From: Rickettsiales bacterium
GTDB lineage: Bacteria; Pseudomonadota; Alphaproteobacteria; Rickettsiales; JABSSG01
NCBI GenBank assembly: GCA_013214525.1
Contig: JABSSG010000001.1
Location: 18,514-82,513 of the forward strand
DNA length: 64,000 nucleotides
Direction of reading: 5' to 3'
Part shown: one piece after another, positions 20,520-30,520 of the stretch
How the letters are laid out: the number at the start of each line of letters is the position of its first letter
Numbering within the stretch: position 1 is the first letter of the stretch
The notes under the pieces: generated by a model
The model's input: only the letters and a program-made list of their open reading frames with translations
Told to the model about the DNA's origin: nothing
Database searches by the model: none
Translations under genes and position numbers: made by a program

Positions 20520-20592
20520 TATACTTGAAAATTACTATTTCCCAACAAAGATAATAAATTTATTTTTATACTCAAAAATAGTAATGAGTATA
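20520..20592. repeat. Family A miniature copy, ending on the base before the symporter-2 stop codon
   Basis: TATACTTGAAAATTACTATTT ... CTCAAAAATAGTAATGAGTATA. Confidence 0.6.
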
Positions 20593-21834
20593 TTATTTAG
20601 CATAATAAAGTTTTTTATTTAAAGTGCCTTCCCATCTATCCACAATTAAAGTTATTGTAGCATCTCCTGTAATATTTAATGTGGTACGAGTCATATCCAA
20701 TATCTTTTCAATACCAATGATAAGGGCAATTCCATCTATTGGAATATTTACTGATGCAAGAACCATTGGCAACATTATTATTCCTCCTGACGGAATGCCT
20801 GCTCCTCCCATCGAACCCAATGTTGAAGTAAATATTATCATTATGTAATCCATAACACTTAAATCAACCTGATAAATTTGTGCAAAAAACAATGCACAAA
20901 CTCCGAAAAAAATTGCCAACCCATCCATATTAATAGCAGCACCTAATGGCAATACAAAAGAAGTATTCACTGGTGAAATACCTAGCTTTCTACACACACG
21001 CATAGTAGTTGCAAGAGTTGCTTTACTGCTACTTGTAGAAATAGCTATAACTTGGTATTCAAGACTTTTTCTATAAAAAGGTAATGGCGAAAGACCAGTA
21101 AACATAATCATTATACCAAAGATGATATATTGAACAAAAATTGCCAAGAAAAACACCAGAATTAATGCACCTAAGCTCTGTAACACAGCTATTCCTTGTG
21201 TACCGACAACTGCTGCAGAAAAACCAAAGGCACCATAAGGAGCTAGTTTCAATATCACTTCTATCATTTTAAAAACAATTTTGAAACCTACATCAAATAC
21301 TTTTACTAAATCTTCCCTTTGTTCTCGTAACAAATTTATGACAAAACCAGTGAAGAATGAGAAAAACACAACTTGTAGCAACTTTCCAGACACTAAGGCA
21401 TTCAACGCATTATCTGGAATAATATCCTTTATAATTTTGGAAACATTAAAAGCACTAGCAGACGCCTCTTTATGAACTTCTTTTAATCCCAAAGCTTCTA
21501 ACTCTAATCCCGAACCAGGTTTTAGAAAATAACTAAACAACAAGCCTAACGCTACTGCAAAAGTTGTGGTAACAAAGAAAAGAGCTATTGCTTTACCAGT
21601 AATCCTAGTTAATTTTGATGTATCTTCTACATTTATTATTGCTGTTACAATCGAGATATAAATCAAAGGCACTATCACCATCTTGATTAATCTCATAAAT
21701 AACTCCCCAATTGGCTGTAAGTGAACCGCTTTATCCTGAAAAATTAACCCTGTAATTATACCAAGAACAAGACCGATCATTACTTGTTGCCAAAGCAAAG
21801 CTTTTGTCCAAAATTTAATTATAGCCCTCATCAC
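20593..21834 (-). CDS. Dicarboxylate/amino acid:cation symporter (GltP-like), tandem copy 2
   Basis: 413 aa, collinear with copy 1; roughly nine in ten residues identical by eye. Confidence 0.85.
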   Translation of the reverse strand: MMRAIIKFWTKALLWQQVMIGLVLGIITGLIFQDKAVHLQPIGELFMRLIKMVIVPLIYISIVTAIINVEDTSKLTRITGKAIALFFVTTTFAVALGLLFSYFLKPGSGLELEALGLKEVHKEASASAFNVSKIIKDIIPDNALNALVSGKLLQVVFFSFFTGFVINLLREQREDLVKVFDVGFKIVFKMIEVILKLAPYGAFGFSAAVVGTQGIAVLQSLGALILVFFLAIFVQYIIFGIMIMFTGLSPLPFYRKSLEYQVIAISTSSSKATLATTMRVCRKLGISPVNTSFVLPLGAAINMDGLAIFFGVCALFFAQIYQVDLSVMDYIMIIFTSTLGSMGGAGIPSGGIIMLPMVLASVNIPIDGIALIIGIEKILDMTRTTLNITGDATITLIVDRWEGTLNKKLYYAK

Positions 21835-21870
21835 TCTCTTATGATAAAATTTGCTTCAGGAATAAATCTA

Positions 21871-22347
21871 ATGGAATATAATTTAACTATCAAGAAATTT
21901 ATTAATAATATAAGCACACAAGGCTCGCTGCTTGGCGTTGACTATGGGAAAAGACGTATAGGTCTTAGCATAAGTGATATTACACGAAAATTCGTTTCTC
22001 CTGTAGGAACATTAGATAACAAAAATATAGAAGATTCATTATTAGCAATAATAGAGTTAATTAAAAATAAAAATATTTCTGGTGTTATTATAGGATACCC
22101 ATTGCAACTTGATGGTACAGAAGGTCAGCAATGTCAAGAAGTTAAAAAATTTGCTAAATCTCTGTTGCAAAAACAGCCTATCCCAATATTTTTTCAAGAT
22201 GAAAGATTTTCAACCAGAGAAGCACAAACAATATTAAAGAATTTAAATATGAAAAGAAAACGCCGCGATCAAAAAGATAATGAAGTAGCAGCGTATAATA
22301 TATTAAAAACAGCTTTACAATTATTGAATAATCATCTTAACTTCTAG
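21871..22347 (+). CDS. ruvX: Putative pre-16S rRNA nuclease / Holliday junction resolvase-like RuvX (YqgF)
   Basis: LLGVDYGKRRIGLSISD N-terminal motif and DERFST motif. The start is set at ATG 21871 because the track ORF begins further upstream, inside the divergent symporter gene. Confidence 0.8.
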   Translation: MEYNLTIKKFINNISTQGSLLGVDYGKRRIGLSISDITRKFVSPVGTLDNKNIEDSLLAIIELIKNKNISGVIIGYPLQLDGTEGQQCQEVKKFAKSLLQKQPIPIFFQDERFSTREAQTILKNLNMKRKRRDQKDNEVAAYNILKTALQLLNNHLNF

Positions 22348-22942
22348 TTCTGCTCTTATCTGCGTCTTTTTTTATTGAAACTTTTATTTGCTTTTTCCCA
22401 ACATTTGATAATGCCTGTCTCATCCTTTTGACAACTCCTTTTAAACCCTTTATTTTTGAAAATTCTTTTCCTTTCAAAATTTCTTTACTTTTTATAAGTG
22501 CTTTTTCAGAATTATCAATATCACGCCATAATTTATAATCTTCTCCTTTGCTAAACATCATTTTCAACTTAGAAGGCTTACCTCCTAACTGCTCCTCTAG
22601 CTGTTTCTTATAATTTCTGATTTCATATAAATTTCCATCTATAGCTTTCTCTTCTATTTGTCTCAAATATTCATTCTCTCTATTACGCATTAAATCCTGT
22701 GCTGACAAAGATGTTTTTTTAATATTTTTAAGCGTTTTACCAATTTTATCACGTAATAATGGCATTCTTTGCTCTTTTAATTTTTTCTCAGTTCCCTCAA
22801 ACTTCTTTAAAAATCTATCTACATCTTTTATTTGTCTCTCTTTTGCTCCACTTGCCGTTAGTGCTGTTTTATACGCTTGGATATATGTTTTATATGGCTT
22901 CATATCTTCCAGTTTGCCATTGATATCCTCTAACGAAGGCAA
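22337..22942 (-). CDS. Hypothetical Lys-rich coiled-coil protein (probably the 3' part of a frameshifted gene starting at 23079)
   Basis: 201-aa ORF from a TTG start. An upstream 39-codon ORF (22960..23079) joins it by a 1-nt shift in a T6 run. Confidence 0.5.
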   Translation of the reverse strand: MPSLEDINGKLEDMKPYKTYIQAYKTALTASGAKERQIKDVDRFLKKFEGTEKKLKEQRMPLLRDKIGKTLKNIKKTSLSAQDLMRNRENEYLRQIEEKAIDGNLYEIRNYKKQLEEQLGGKPSKLKMMFSKGEDYKLWRDIDNSEKALIKSKEILKGKEFSKIKGLKGVVKRMRQALSNVGKKQIKVSIKKDADKSRTRS

Positions 22943-23180
22943 ACTATCATCATCTATTCCTACAAAAAATCCATATTACTCATTAATAGCCCTTCGGCGA
23001 TTGGAAGAACACGTTCCTGAGCCTTTCTATATTGTAACGCTAATCTTCTAATATACCCTTTAGATGGTTTTTCTTTCATATTTTTATCCCTAAAATTGAG
23101 TATATTTTAAAATATAAACATTAAAAAGAAGTTAAGGGAATAGGCGGTTATACAGAGTTATAAGCTACAGGTTTAGAAGT

Positions 23181-23366
23181 TATACCCATCGGACTTGGAA
23201 AGTCCTAGATTTTAAGAAAGAAAATGAAGTCAATATCAAACATGAAAATTCAAGAATATTGGTGATATTCAAAACATTTTCATGTGAAAATAGTGGCTTT
23301 ATTTTCACACCCCTGTCTTCACAGGGGCATGCTTAAAAATCGGAGTCTTCAAGTTCGATGGGTATA
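23181..23366. repeat. Family A element (subfamily with nested CCCCTG/CAGGGG hairpin), overlapping the tsaB 3' end
   Basis: Arms TATACCCATCGGACTTGGAAAGTCCTAGATTTTAAG / CTTAAAAATCGGAGTCTTCAAGTTCGATGGGTATA. Near-identical core to 48125..48290. Confidence 0.85.
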
Positions 23367-23988
23367 CATTCGGTTCTTTCAAATACATAGGCTGCAAATT
23401 TTCATATAGACTCTCTTTTCCATTTGAAATTACTTCACTTACATATTTGAGTAAGTCTTGAGCTGTAATATCAACTTTAACACTATGCTCACAACTAAAA
23501 GAACTACTCTCTGTTAATAATAAAGTATTATCTGCATGTTCAGATAATAATGATTCTTGCGATATTAAATATGCTACACCTAATGACTTACCAGATGAAT
23601 TAAATTCTTGTGCATATAAATCCCCAGAAGTAGCATTTAACACTGCTAATATTTTCTTCTCAGACACTGAAAAATTAAGCTTTCTTACCATAAGCTCAAG
23701 AGTTGATACACCTAACAGCTGTACATTATTTAGAACTTTTTTCATTCCATAAATAGCTGCTAAACCAATACGAATGCCTGTAAAACTACCAGGCCCTATA
23801 GTACAACTCATTACATCAATATCTTTAAAACTACACTGATTTTTCTTCAGAATATCTATTATCAAAACAAATAACTGTTCACTTTGAACAAATTTCTGCT
23901 CTGATTCTGCATGATCTACAGCATTATCATAGTTAAGTGCTACAGAACACTTACCGATAGAAGTTTCTATACATAATATATTAGGCAT
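23305..23988 (-). CDS. tsaB: tRNA t6A37 threonylcarbamoyl-transfer protein TsaB (YeaZ)
   Basis: N-terminal ILCIETSIGKCSVAL and GPGSFTGIRIG motifs. The start is set at ATG 23988, 2 nt after the infC stop. The last ~20 codons lie inside the repeat. Confidence 0.75.
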   Translation of the reverse strand: MPNILCIETSIGKCSVALNYDNAVDHAESEQKFVQSEQLFVLIIDILKKNQCSFKDIDVMSCTIGPGSFTGIRIGLAAIYGMKKVLNNVQLLGVSTLELMVRKLNFSVSEKKILAVLNATSGDLYAQEFNSSGKSLGVAYLISQESLLSEHADNTLLLTESSSFSCEHSVKVDITAQDLLKYVSEVISNGKESLYENLQPMYLKEPNVYPSNLKTPIFKHAPVKTGV

Positions 23989-24520
23989 TTTCCTTAGCAA
24001 TTAATGTCACCACTAATCTATATCCTTCTCTTTTAGGTGGATATTCAGGAGCAGCAATATCTGCAGTAGCAGCTATAATTTTATCAATAGCTGTTTCGCC
24101 AGATCCATGATGCACTGTTTCACGTCCTTTAAATCTTAAAACTACTTTAACTTTATCACCTTTAGCAATAAAATTTTTAATCCGATTAATTTTGACATTT
24201 AAGTCATGTTCACCTGTTGTAGGTCTTATCCGTATTTCTTTTGTTACTGTAACTTTTTGTTTTTTCTTGGCTTGCTGAAGTGTCTTTTTTAGTTCATATT
24301 TATACTTACCAAAATCCATTATCTTACAAACTGGTGGGGAAATTTTCGGTGAGATCTCGACTAAATCAAGACCAGCAATATCCGCCTTATTAAGTGCAAC
24401 ATCTAAAGACACCACACCAACCATATCTCCTCTTTCATCTATTAATCTGACTGATTGAGCAGAAATTTGTCTATTAGTTTTAGGTAACTTTAATTTTTTA
24501 GTATCATTATTGTAAGCTAT
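23981..24520 (-). CDS. infC: Translation initiation factor IF-3, non-AUG start (ATA at 24520 or ATT at 24523)
   Basis: The frame is open for 32 to 33 codons upstream of the track ATG. These encode ...KTNRQISAQSVRLIDERGDMVGV, the conserved IF-3 N-domain. An AGGAGG box lies 6 nt before the ATA. Confidence 0.85.
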   Translation of the reverse strand: MAYNNDTKKLKLPKTNRQISAQSVRLIDERGDMVGVVSLDVALNKADIAGLDLVEISPKISPPVCKIMDFGKYKYELKKTLQQAKKKQKVTVTKEIRIRPTTGEHDLNVKINRIKNFIAKGDKVKVVLRFKGRETVHHGSGETAIDKIIAATADIAAPEYPPKREGYRLVVTLIAKENA

Positions 24521-24535
24521 AATCTTCCTCCTTAT

Positions 24536-26431
24536 TTATAATTTAGTAACATAACTGTAAAAGTCATCTTTATTATATACCATCTGTTCTTCTTTACCAA
24601 GAACACGAAGCACAACAGAGTTGTTTTCTTTTTCTTTATTGCCAATAACTAACAACATAGGAATCTTCTGCAAAGAATGAACTCTTATTTTATAGTTTAT
24701 TTTATCATTCGAATCATCAAAAATAGCTCTTATGCCTTGTTTTTTTAAATCTTCAAGAATTTCCTGACCATATTCCTTAACACTGTCTGTAATAGAAAGA
24801 ATTGCAACTTGTACTGGAGCAAGCCAAAGTGGAAATTTTCCTTCATAATGCTCTATCAAAATACCAATAAATCTCTCGAGCGAACCCAATATAGCTCTAT
24901 GCAACATTACTGGAGTACTCCGCTTACCTTCCTTATTTATGTAAGTTGCCCCCAACCGCTCTGGCAATACAAAATCAACTTGAAAAGTACCACATTGCCA
25001 TTGCCTACCTATTGCATCTTTAAGCACAAATTCCAGCTTAGGTCCGTAGAAAGCACCCTCACCACGATTAAGTTCATATTCCAATCCTGTAGCTTCAACA
25101 GCTTTTTTTAAAGAAGCTTCAGACTTATCCCAAATTTCATCAGAACCAGCTCGTTTTTCAGGCCTATCAGAAAATTTTACATTAATTTCTGTAAAACCAA
25201 AATCCTTATAAACCTCCTGTAATAATTTTGTAAAGGCAACCGTTTCACTAACAATCTGATCTTCTGTACAGAAAATATGGGCATCATCTATTGCAAAACC
25301 ACGAACTCTCATTAATCCATGTAAGGAGCCAGAAGGTTCTTTTCTATGGCAACTACCAAACTCAGCCATTCTTAAAGGAAGATTACGATAGCTCTTCAAA
25401 TTAGTTTTAAAAATCTCAACATGAAGAGGACAATTCATAGGCTTAAGAGCCATAACTCTATTTTCAATCTCTTCTGTAATAAACATATTTTCTTGGAACT
25501 TATCCCAATGACCGGACTTTTCCCAAAGAGATCTATCAGCTAAAATTGGAGTTTTTACTTCTGTATAACCATTAGCTCTTATTTTATCTCTAATATAATT
25601 TTCTAATATTCTATATAAAGTATAACCTCTATCATGCCAAAAAATCATCCCTGGAGCTTCTTCTTGTAGATGAAAAAGGTCTAGCTGTTTGCCAAGTTTT
25701 CTGTGATTACGTTTCTCTGCTTCTTCAATTCTATATAGATATTGATCAAGTCCCTCCTTAGTTGCCCAAGCTGTACCATAAATACGCTGAAGCATGATAT
25801 TTTTAGAATCCCCTTTCCAATATGCCCCTGCAATCTTTGTAAGTTTAAAATATTTTACAGATTTTGTTGATGGTGCGTGAGGCCCTCTACATAAGTCTAA
25901 AAAATCTCCATGTTTATAAACTGTAATGGTTTCGCCTTCTGGTATATCCGTTATTAGCTCTGCTTTAAAACTTTCTCCTGTTTTTTTAAAAAAATCTATA
26001 GCGTCCTTCCTGTTCCAAGTTTCTTTTTGAGTGAGATAATTTGCTTCGCAAATTCTTTTCATTTCTTTCTCTATTTTTGGTAAATCTTTTTCAGAAAGAG
26101 GTTCACTTGGCAAAATATCATAATAAAATCCATCTTCTATTACAGGACCTATTGTAATTTGTGTATCAGGGAAAAGATTTTTGATTGCATATGCAAGAAC
26201 ATGTGCAGCATCATGTCTAATAATTTCTAAACCCTCTTTATCTTTAGCAGTAATTATTTCTATGGATGCATCCTGTTCTATCAGATCAGATAAATCAACA
26301 AGCTTATCGTTTACTTTCATTGCTAATGCAGCTTTAGATAGGCTTATACTTATATCTTTAGCAAGTTGCATACCATCAACAGGTTTATCATACACTAGCT
26401 CTTTGCCATTTGGTAAAGTTACTCTTATCAT
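24536..26431 (-). CDS. thrS: Threonine--tRNA ligase
   Basis: 631 aa with TGS, editing, class II core (FRHEPSG-like [18 protein letters not shown]) and anticodon-binding regions. Confidence 0.95.
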   Translation of the reverse strand: MIRVTLPNGKELVYDKPVDGMQLAKDISISLSKAALAMKVNDKLVDLSDLIEQDASIEIITAKDKEGLEIIRHDAAHVLAYAIKNLFPDTQITIGPVIEDGFYYDILPSEPLSEKDLPKIEKEMKRICEANYLTQKETWNRKDAIDFFKKTGESFKAELITDIPEGETITVYKHGDFLDLCRGPHAPSTKSVKYFKLTKIAGAYWKGDSKNIMLQRIYGTAWATKEGLDQYLYRIEEAEKRNHRKLGKQLDLFHLQEEAPGMIFWHDRGYTLYRILENYIRDKIRANGYTEVKTPILADRSLWEKSGHWDKFQENMFITEEIENRVMALKPMNCPLHVEIFKTNLKSYRNLPLRMAEFGSCHRKEPSGSLHGLMRVRGFAIDDAHIFCTEDQIVSETVAFTKLLQEVYKDFGFTEINVKFSDRPEKRAGSDEIWDKSEASLKKAVEATGLEYELNRGEGAFYGPKLEFVLKDAIGRQWQCGTFQVDFVLPERLGATYINKEGKRSTPVMLHRAILGSLERFIGILIEHYEGKFPLWLAPVQVAILSITDSVKEYGQEILEDLKKQGIRAIFDDSNDKINYKIRVHSLQKIPMLLVIGNKEKENNSVVLRVLGKEEQMVYNKDDFYSYVTKL

Positions 26432-26435
26432 TAAT

Positions 26436-26804
26436 TTATTTCTTTTTAGAAGGTTTAATTTGTATTATTTTTTGATCTACTGACTCAGATTCTTCTTTAT
26501 CTGTCTTATCAAAGTCATCTATTGTTTTAATAGTAGGAATCTTTATTAACATCCCAGGCTTTAAACTATAAGGTCTTTTTAAATTATTCATTAAAATAAT
26601 AGTATCTGCTGTTGTACCATATCTTCTAGCAATAGAAGCTAATGAATCTGAACTGGTAACCTCATATAAAGATTGTTTATTATAATCAATGACTTTTCCT
26701 TGAGCTAAATTTTCTTCTTGTATCTCTTCCTCATTTGAAAAATAACCGATATTACTACAAGAAACGATAAAAAATAGCAATGTTATAAGAAGTATTTTTT
26801 TCAT
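26436..26804 (-). CDS. LysM-domain lipoprotein
   Basis: Lipobox LLFFIVSC and LysM segment [29 protein letters not shown]...GMLIKIP. Confidence 0.7.
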   Translation of the reverse strand: MKKILLITLLFFIVSCSNIGYFSNEEEIQEENLAQGKVIDYNKQSLYEVTSSDSLASIARRYGTTADTIILMNNLKRPYSLKPGMLIKIPTIKTIDDFDKTDKEESESVDQKIIQIKPSKKK

Positions 26805-26953
26805 CTTTATTTTATTTTTTTGCTCATTATATCTCAGTAATGGATTTGGGGTATTATACCTAAACTTTATTTTTCTACAAGTATACTGTATAAAATCATC
26901 ATAATTAGATTGATTATAGAAGGCAGTTCATCTATCATTATCTGGACAACAAC

Positions 26954-27044
26954 GCCCAGATGGCGGAATTGGTAGACGCACTAGCTTCAGGTGCTAGAGA
27001 CTTGAAATATAGTCGTGGAAGTTCAAATCTTCTTCTGGGCACCA
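26954..27044 (+). tRNA. tRNA-Leu (anticodon CAG), long variable arm, encoded CCA
   Basis: Hand-folded cloverleaf: acceptor GCCCAGA/TCTGGGC, anticodon stem CTAGC/GCTAG with loop TTCAGGT, T-loop GTTCAAATC. Confidence 0.9.
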
Positions 27045-27066
27045 GCTAAATTAAATTATAAAAGAC

Positions 27067-27690
27067 ATGACAATTCAACTACATAATGGCGATCTTCCTG
27101 ATAATTTAAAATTATCAGGTTCTTTAGCAATCGACACAGAAACAACAGGGCTACATTTGGGAAGAGACAGATTATGCCTTATACAAATTGCTACTGAAAA
27201 TAAAGAAGTACATATGGTACATTTTCCTGATGGTAACTATAATGCCCCTAATTTAAAAAGCTTGCTAAAAGATAGTAATATTTTAAAAATTTTTCATTAT
27301 GCTAGATTTGACATGGCTATTATTTACAAATATTTAGATGTTATGTTAAAAAATGTTTATTGCACCAAAATAGCTTCCAAAATTGCTCGTACATACACAG
27401 ACAATCATGGCTTAAAAGATATTTGCAAAGAACTCTTGAACGTGCAAATTTCGAAACAACAACAATCCTCATACTGGGGTAATAACAAATTATCAAAAGA
27501 TCAGCTACAATACGCAGCAAATGATGTAATCTATTTACATAATCTTAAACATTCCCTTGATGAAATATTAAAAAGAGAACACCGAAAAGCTCTTTTTGAT
27601 GAATGTTTAAATTCCATTGAATTAATAGTAAAATTAGATTTAAAAGGATGGAATGGATCAGAAATATTTGCACATAGAACTATTCAATAA
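27067..27690 (+). CDS. rnd: 3'-5' exonuclease, short RNase D-like
   Basis: DEDD motifs AIDTETTGL, FHYARFDM and YAANDVIYL. Confidence 0.7.
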   Translation: MTIQLHNGDLPDNLKLSGSLAIDTETTGLHLGRDRLCLIQIATENKEVHMVHFPDGNYNAPNLKSLLKDSNILKIFHYARFDMAIIYKYLDVMLKNVYCTKIASKIARTYTDNHGLKDICKELLNVQISKQQQSSYWGNNKLSKDQLQYAANDVIYLHNLKHSLDEILKREHRKALFDECLNSIELIVKLDLKGWNGSEIFAHRTIQ

Positions 27691-27693
27691 ATA

Positions 27694-28656
27694 ATGTCTA
27701 TAGATTATTCAACCATAGCAAAGTCAGTCTTAAAAACTGAAATTAAATATTTAAATTCTCTAACAGAAACTTTCAATGATCAATTCAATAAGGCTGTTCA
27801 ACTTATATGTAATAAAACTGGCAAGATCATAATTGCTGGAATTGGTAAAAGTGGCATTGCCGCTAGAAAAATTGCCACTTCACTTTCCTCTGTAGGAGCA
27901 TCTTCTATTTTCCTAAATGCAGGAGAAGCAAACCATGGAGATTTAGGGACAATCTCTACTAAAGACATTGTTATTATCATTTCAAATAGCGGTATCTCCC
28001 CTGAACTTATTGGTATTATTGAATATTGCAAAAACATTTCTGCTCCTGTTATCTCTATCACTGGCAACAAGAACTCACTTTTATATAAAGAGTCAAATAT
28101 CCAGCTATTATTACCACAATTTTCTGAAGTAGCACTAAAAGTCCCTTCAACATCTTTTACTTTAACTTCAGTTATTGGCGATGCATTTGTAGCTTGTGTA
28201 GTAGAACATAACAAAGTAACCCCAGAACAATATAAACAATATCATCCAGGTGGTAAAATAGGAATATCACTAACAAAAGTTGAAGAAATTATGAGAACTG
28301 GCTCTAATCTACCATTAATTAGAACTGGAGCTTTAATGTCTGAAGCTCTAATTTTAATGACTTTAAAATCACTTGGATGTATAGTGGTTGTAAATAACAT
28401 TGAAAATATACTTGGTATAATCACTGATGGTGACTTAAGACGACATATGTCATCTAACCTAGTAGATGCACAAGTAGATCAGGTAATGACACATAGCCCC
28501 AAAACAATTAAGTCTGACACTCTTATATCCGAAGCACTTGACTATATGAACAAGAAAAAAATCACTAATTTAATAGTTACAAAAAATCAAAAAGTAGTTG
28601 GAATTGTCCACATACATGACTGTCTAAAATTAGGATTAGAAACTGTCGAATCTTAA
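27694..28656 (+). CDS. kdsD: Arabinose-5-phosphate isomerase (KdsD/KpsF; SIS + tandem CBS)
   Basis: SIS motif GIGKSGIAARKIA, then HPGGKIG, then two CBS-like repeats. Confidence 0.85.
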   Translation: MSIDYSTIAKSVLKTEIKYLNSLTETFNDQFNKAVQLICNKTGKIIIAGIGKSGIAARKIATSLSSVGASSIFLNAGEANHGDLGTISTKDIVIIISNSGISPELIGIIEYCKNISAPVISITGNKNSLLYKESNIQLLLPQFSEVALKVPSTSFTLTSVIGDAFVACVVEHNKVTPEQYKQYHPGGKIGISLTKVEEIMRTGSNLPLIRTGALMSEALILMTLKSLGCIVVVNNIENILGIITDGDLRRHMSSNLVDAQVDQVMTHSPKTIKSDTLISEALDYMNKKKITNLIVTKNQKVVGIVHIHDCLKLGLETVES

Positions 28657-28680
28657 AACCCTAATAACTGTAACCTAACA

Positions 28681-29232
28681 ATGCTTAGAAAGAACATATT
28701 TTTAACACTATCCATTGGCATATTATCAATAATTCTATCATGGCATGGCTACAGCTATATTCAAAATAAAAAAAAATCAAACTTTCACGGATATGATATA
28801 GAAAGTGGTGATTTTTTTAGTACAAGTAGCCATGGACAAGCCTATAATTTAAAAGCTAACTATATTACAAACATAGGAAAAAATTTATATAAATTAAATA
28901 AAGTCTATGCAAGATATTGTATAGATAAAGAAAACGACAAATACACTGAAGCTGTATCTAAAACAGGTATGTTTGATGAATCAAAAAACTTTCTATCCTT
29001 AACTGGTGATGTAGAATTTATTTTAAGCCAAGGGTATAGAATGACTACAAATCTTTTTTTCATAGACATGAAAAAAAATATAGCATTCACAAAAGAAGAA
29101 GTGCTGATAAGCGGCATTCAAGGCAAAATTTTATCTAAAAATGGTATAACAGTATATATGAAAAAAGAGCATATTATACTTCATGGACCAATACAAAGCG
29201 TATTTATAGAAAATAATACAAAAAACAGATGA
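28681..29232 (+). CDS. lptC: LPS export protein LptC-like (membrane anchored)
   Basis: 183 aa with an N-terminal TM anchor. The call rests mainly on its position between kdsD and lptA/lptB. Its TGA stop overlaps the lptA ATG (ATGA). Confidence 0.5.
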   Translation: MLRKNIFLTLSIGILSIILSWHGYSYIQNKKKSNFHGYDIESGDFFSTSSHGQAYNLKANYITNIGKNLYKLNKVYARYCIDKENDKYTEAVSKTGMFDESKNFLSLTGDVEFILSQGYRMTTNLFFIDMKKNIAFTKEEVLISGIQGKILSKNGITVYMKKEHIILHGPIQSVFIENNTKNR

Positions 29233-29777
29233 TACGAATTATTATTAGTATATTACTAGTTACACTTCTTGCTAGAGAATGTTTCAGTTTACCTACAAAT
29301 CAGAACTTAGATGAAAAAATCTACATAAATTCTGATACTTTGGAAGTGGACTATAAAAAAAATACTGCTGAATATAAATCCAATGTCTTTATACAAAAAA
29401 AAGGAAATTTTGATTTATATTGTGACAAAGCAAAAATTTTCTCTGCTCCTAAAGAATCTCAAAAAAAGAAAGCTAGCTCATACACAAATGATATAAAACA
29501 CATTGAACTTTATGATAATATAACTATCGTAAAAGAAGAAAAGATAGCAAAAGGAGATTTTGGCGTTATTTACCCCAAAAAGAATTTAATCGTATTAACT
29601 GGTAAAGTAAAATTAAAAGAAAAAACTGAAACCAAAGAAAGTTATTTAGAAGGACATAAAATTAAATATTATATGGATAAAGAAATTTTCGAAGTAACTA
29701 ATAATATTTCAAAAAATAACTCTCGAAAAGGTAAGGTCAAAATCATCTTATCCAAATCAGAAAATAAAAATGATTAA
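29229..29777 (+). CDS. lptA: LPS export periplasmic protein LptA (OstA-like)
   Basis: Signal peptide, an INSDTLEVDYKKNTAEYKSNVFIQ OstA-like beta-jellyroll motif, and position upstream of lptB. Confidence 0.6.
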   Translation: MIRIIISILLVTLLARECFSLPTNQNLDEKIYINSDTLEVDYKKNTAEYKSNVFIQKKGNFDLYCDKAKIFSAPKESQKKKASSYTNDIKHIELYDNITIVKEEKIAKGDFGVIYPKKNLIVLTGKVKLKEKTETKESYLEGHKIKYYMDKEIFEVTNNISKNNSRKGKVKIILSKSENKND

Positions 29778-30486
29778 AGTACAAGGAATACATAAAAACT
29801 ATAAAGATAAACAAGTTTTAAAAGGTATTAATTTATCTGTGTCACAAGGGCAAATAGTTGCATTGCTTGGCCCAAACGGTGCAGGAAAAACCACTTGCTT
29901 CTATACAATAATTGGCTTAGTAAAACCAGATTCAGGATCAGTCTATTTAGGTAATACAGAGATTACTAATTTATCGTTATGTAAACGTGCACAAATGGGA
30001 ATATCCTACCTACCTCAAGAACCATCTATCTTTAGAGGTCTTACAGTAGAAGAAAATATTCTGGCAATATTAGAAATAATTGAAGACGATCATAAAAAAC
30101 AAATACAATTATTAGAAGACTTACTTGCAAAATTTTCTATCACCCACTTAAGATCTGAAAAAGCCATAAAATTATCAGGTGGAGAACGTAGACGCTTAGA
30201 GATTGCAAGAACTCTAGCTATGTCACCGGATTTTATTTTTCTTGATGAACCCCTTGCAGGCATTGATCCTATAGCAATACAAGGCATGAAAGAATTAATC
30301 CATAAATTAAAAAATGATGGTATAGGAATAGTAATCACAGACCATAATGTAAGGGAAGCACTTGATATATCAGACAGAATTTACGTACTTAACCAAGGGA
30401 ATATTATTGTAGAAGGAGAAAAACAAGATATCCTCAATGATAAAACAGTAAGACAAATCTACTTAGGAGAGTCATTTAAATTATAA
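29770..30486 (+). CDS. lptB: LPS export ABC transporter ATP-binding protein LptB
   Basis: Walker A GPNGAGKTT, signature LSGGERRRLEIAR, Walker B FIFLDEP. Confidence 0.9.
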   Translation: MIKVQGIHKNYKDKQVLKGINLSVSQGQIVALLGPNGAGKTTCFYTIIGLVKPDSGSVYLGNTEITNLSLCKRAQMGISYLPQEPSIFRGLTVEENILAILEIIEDDHKKQIQLLEDLLAKFSITHLRSEKAIKLSGGERRRLEIARTLAMSPDFIFLDEPLAGIDPIAIQGMKELIHKLKNDGIGIVITDHNVREALDISDRIYVLNQGNIIVEGEKQDILNDKTVRQIYLGESFKL

Positions 30487-30520
30487 TTTTAGAGACATAC
30501 CAATCAGATTTTTTTATAAA

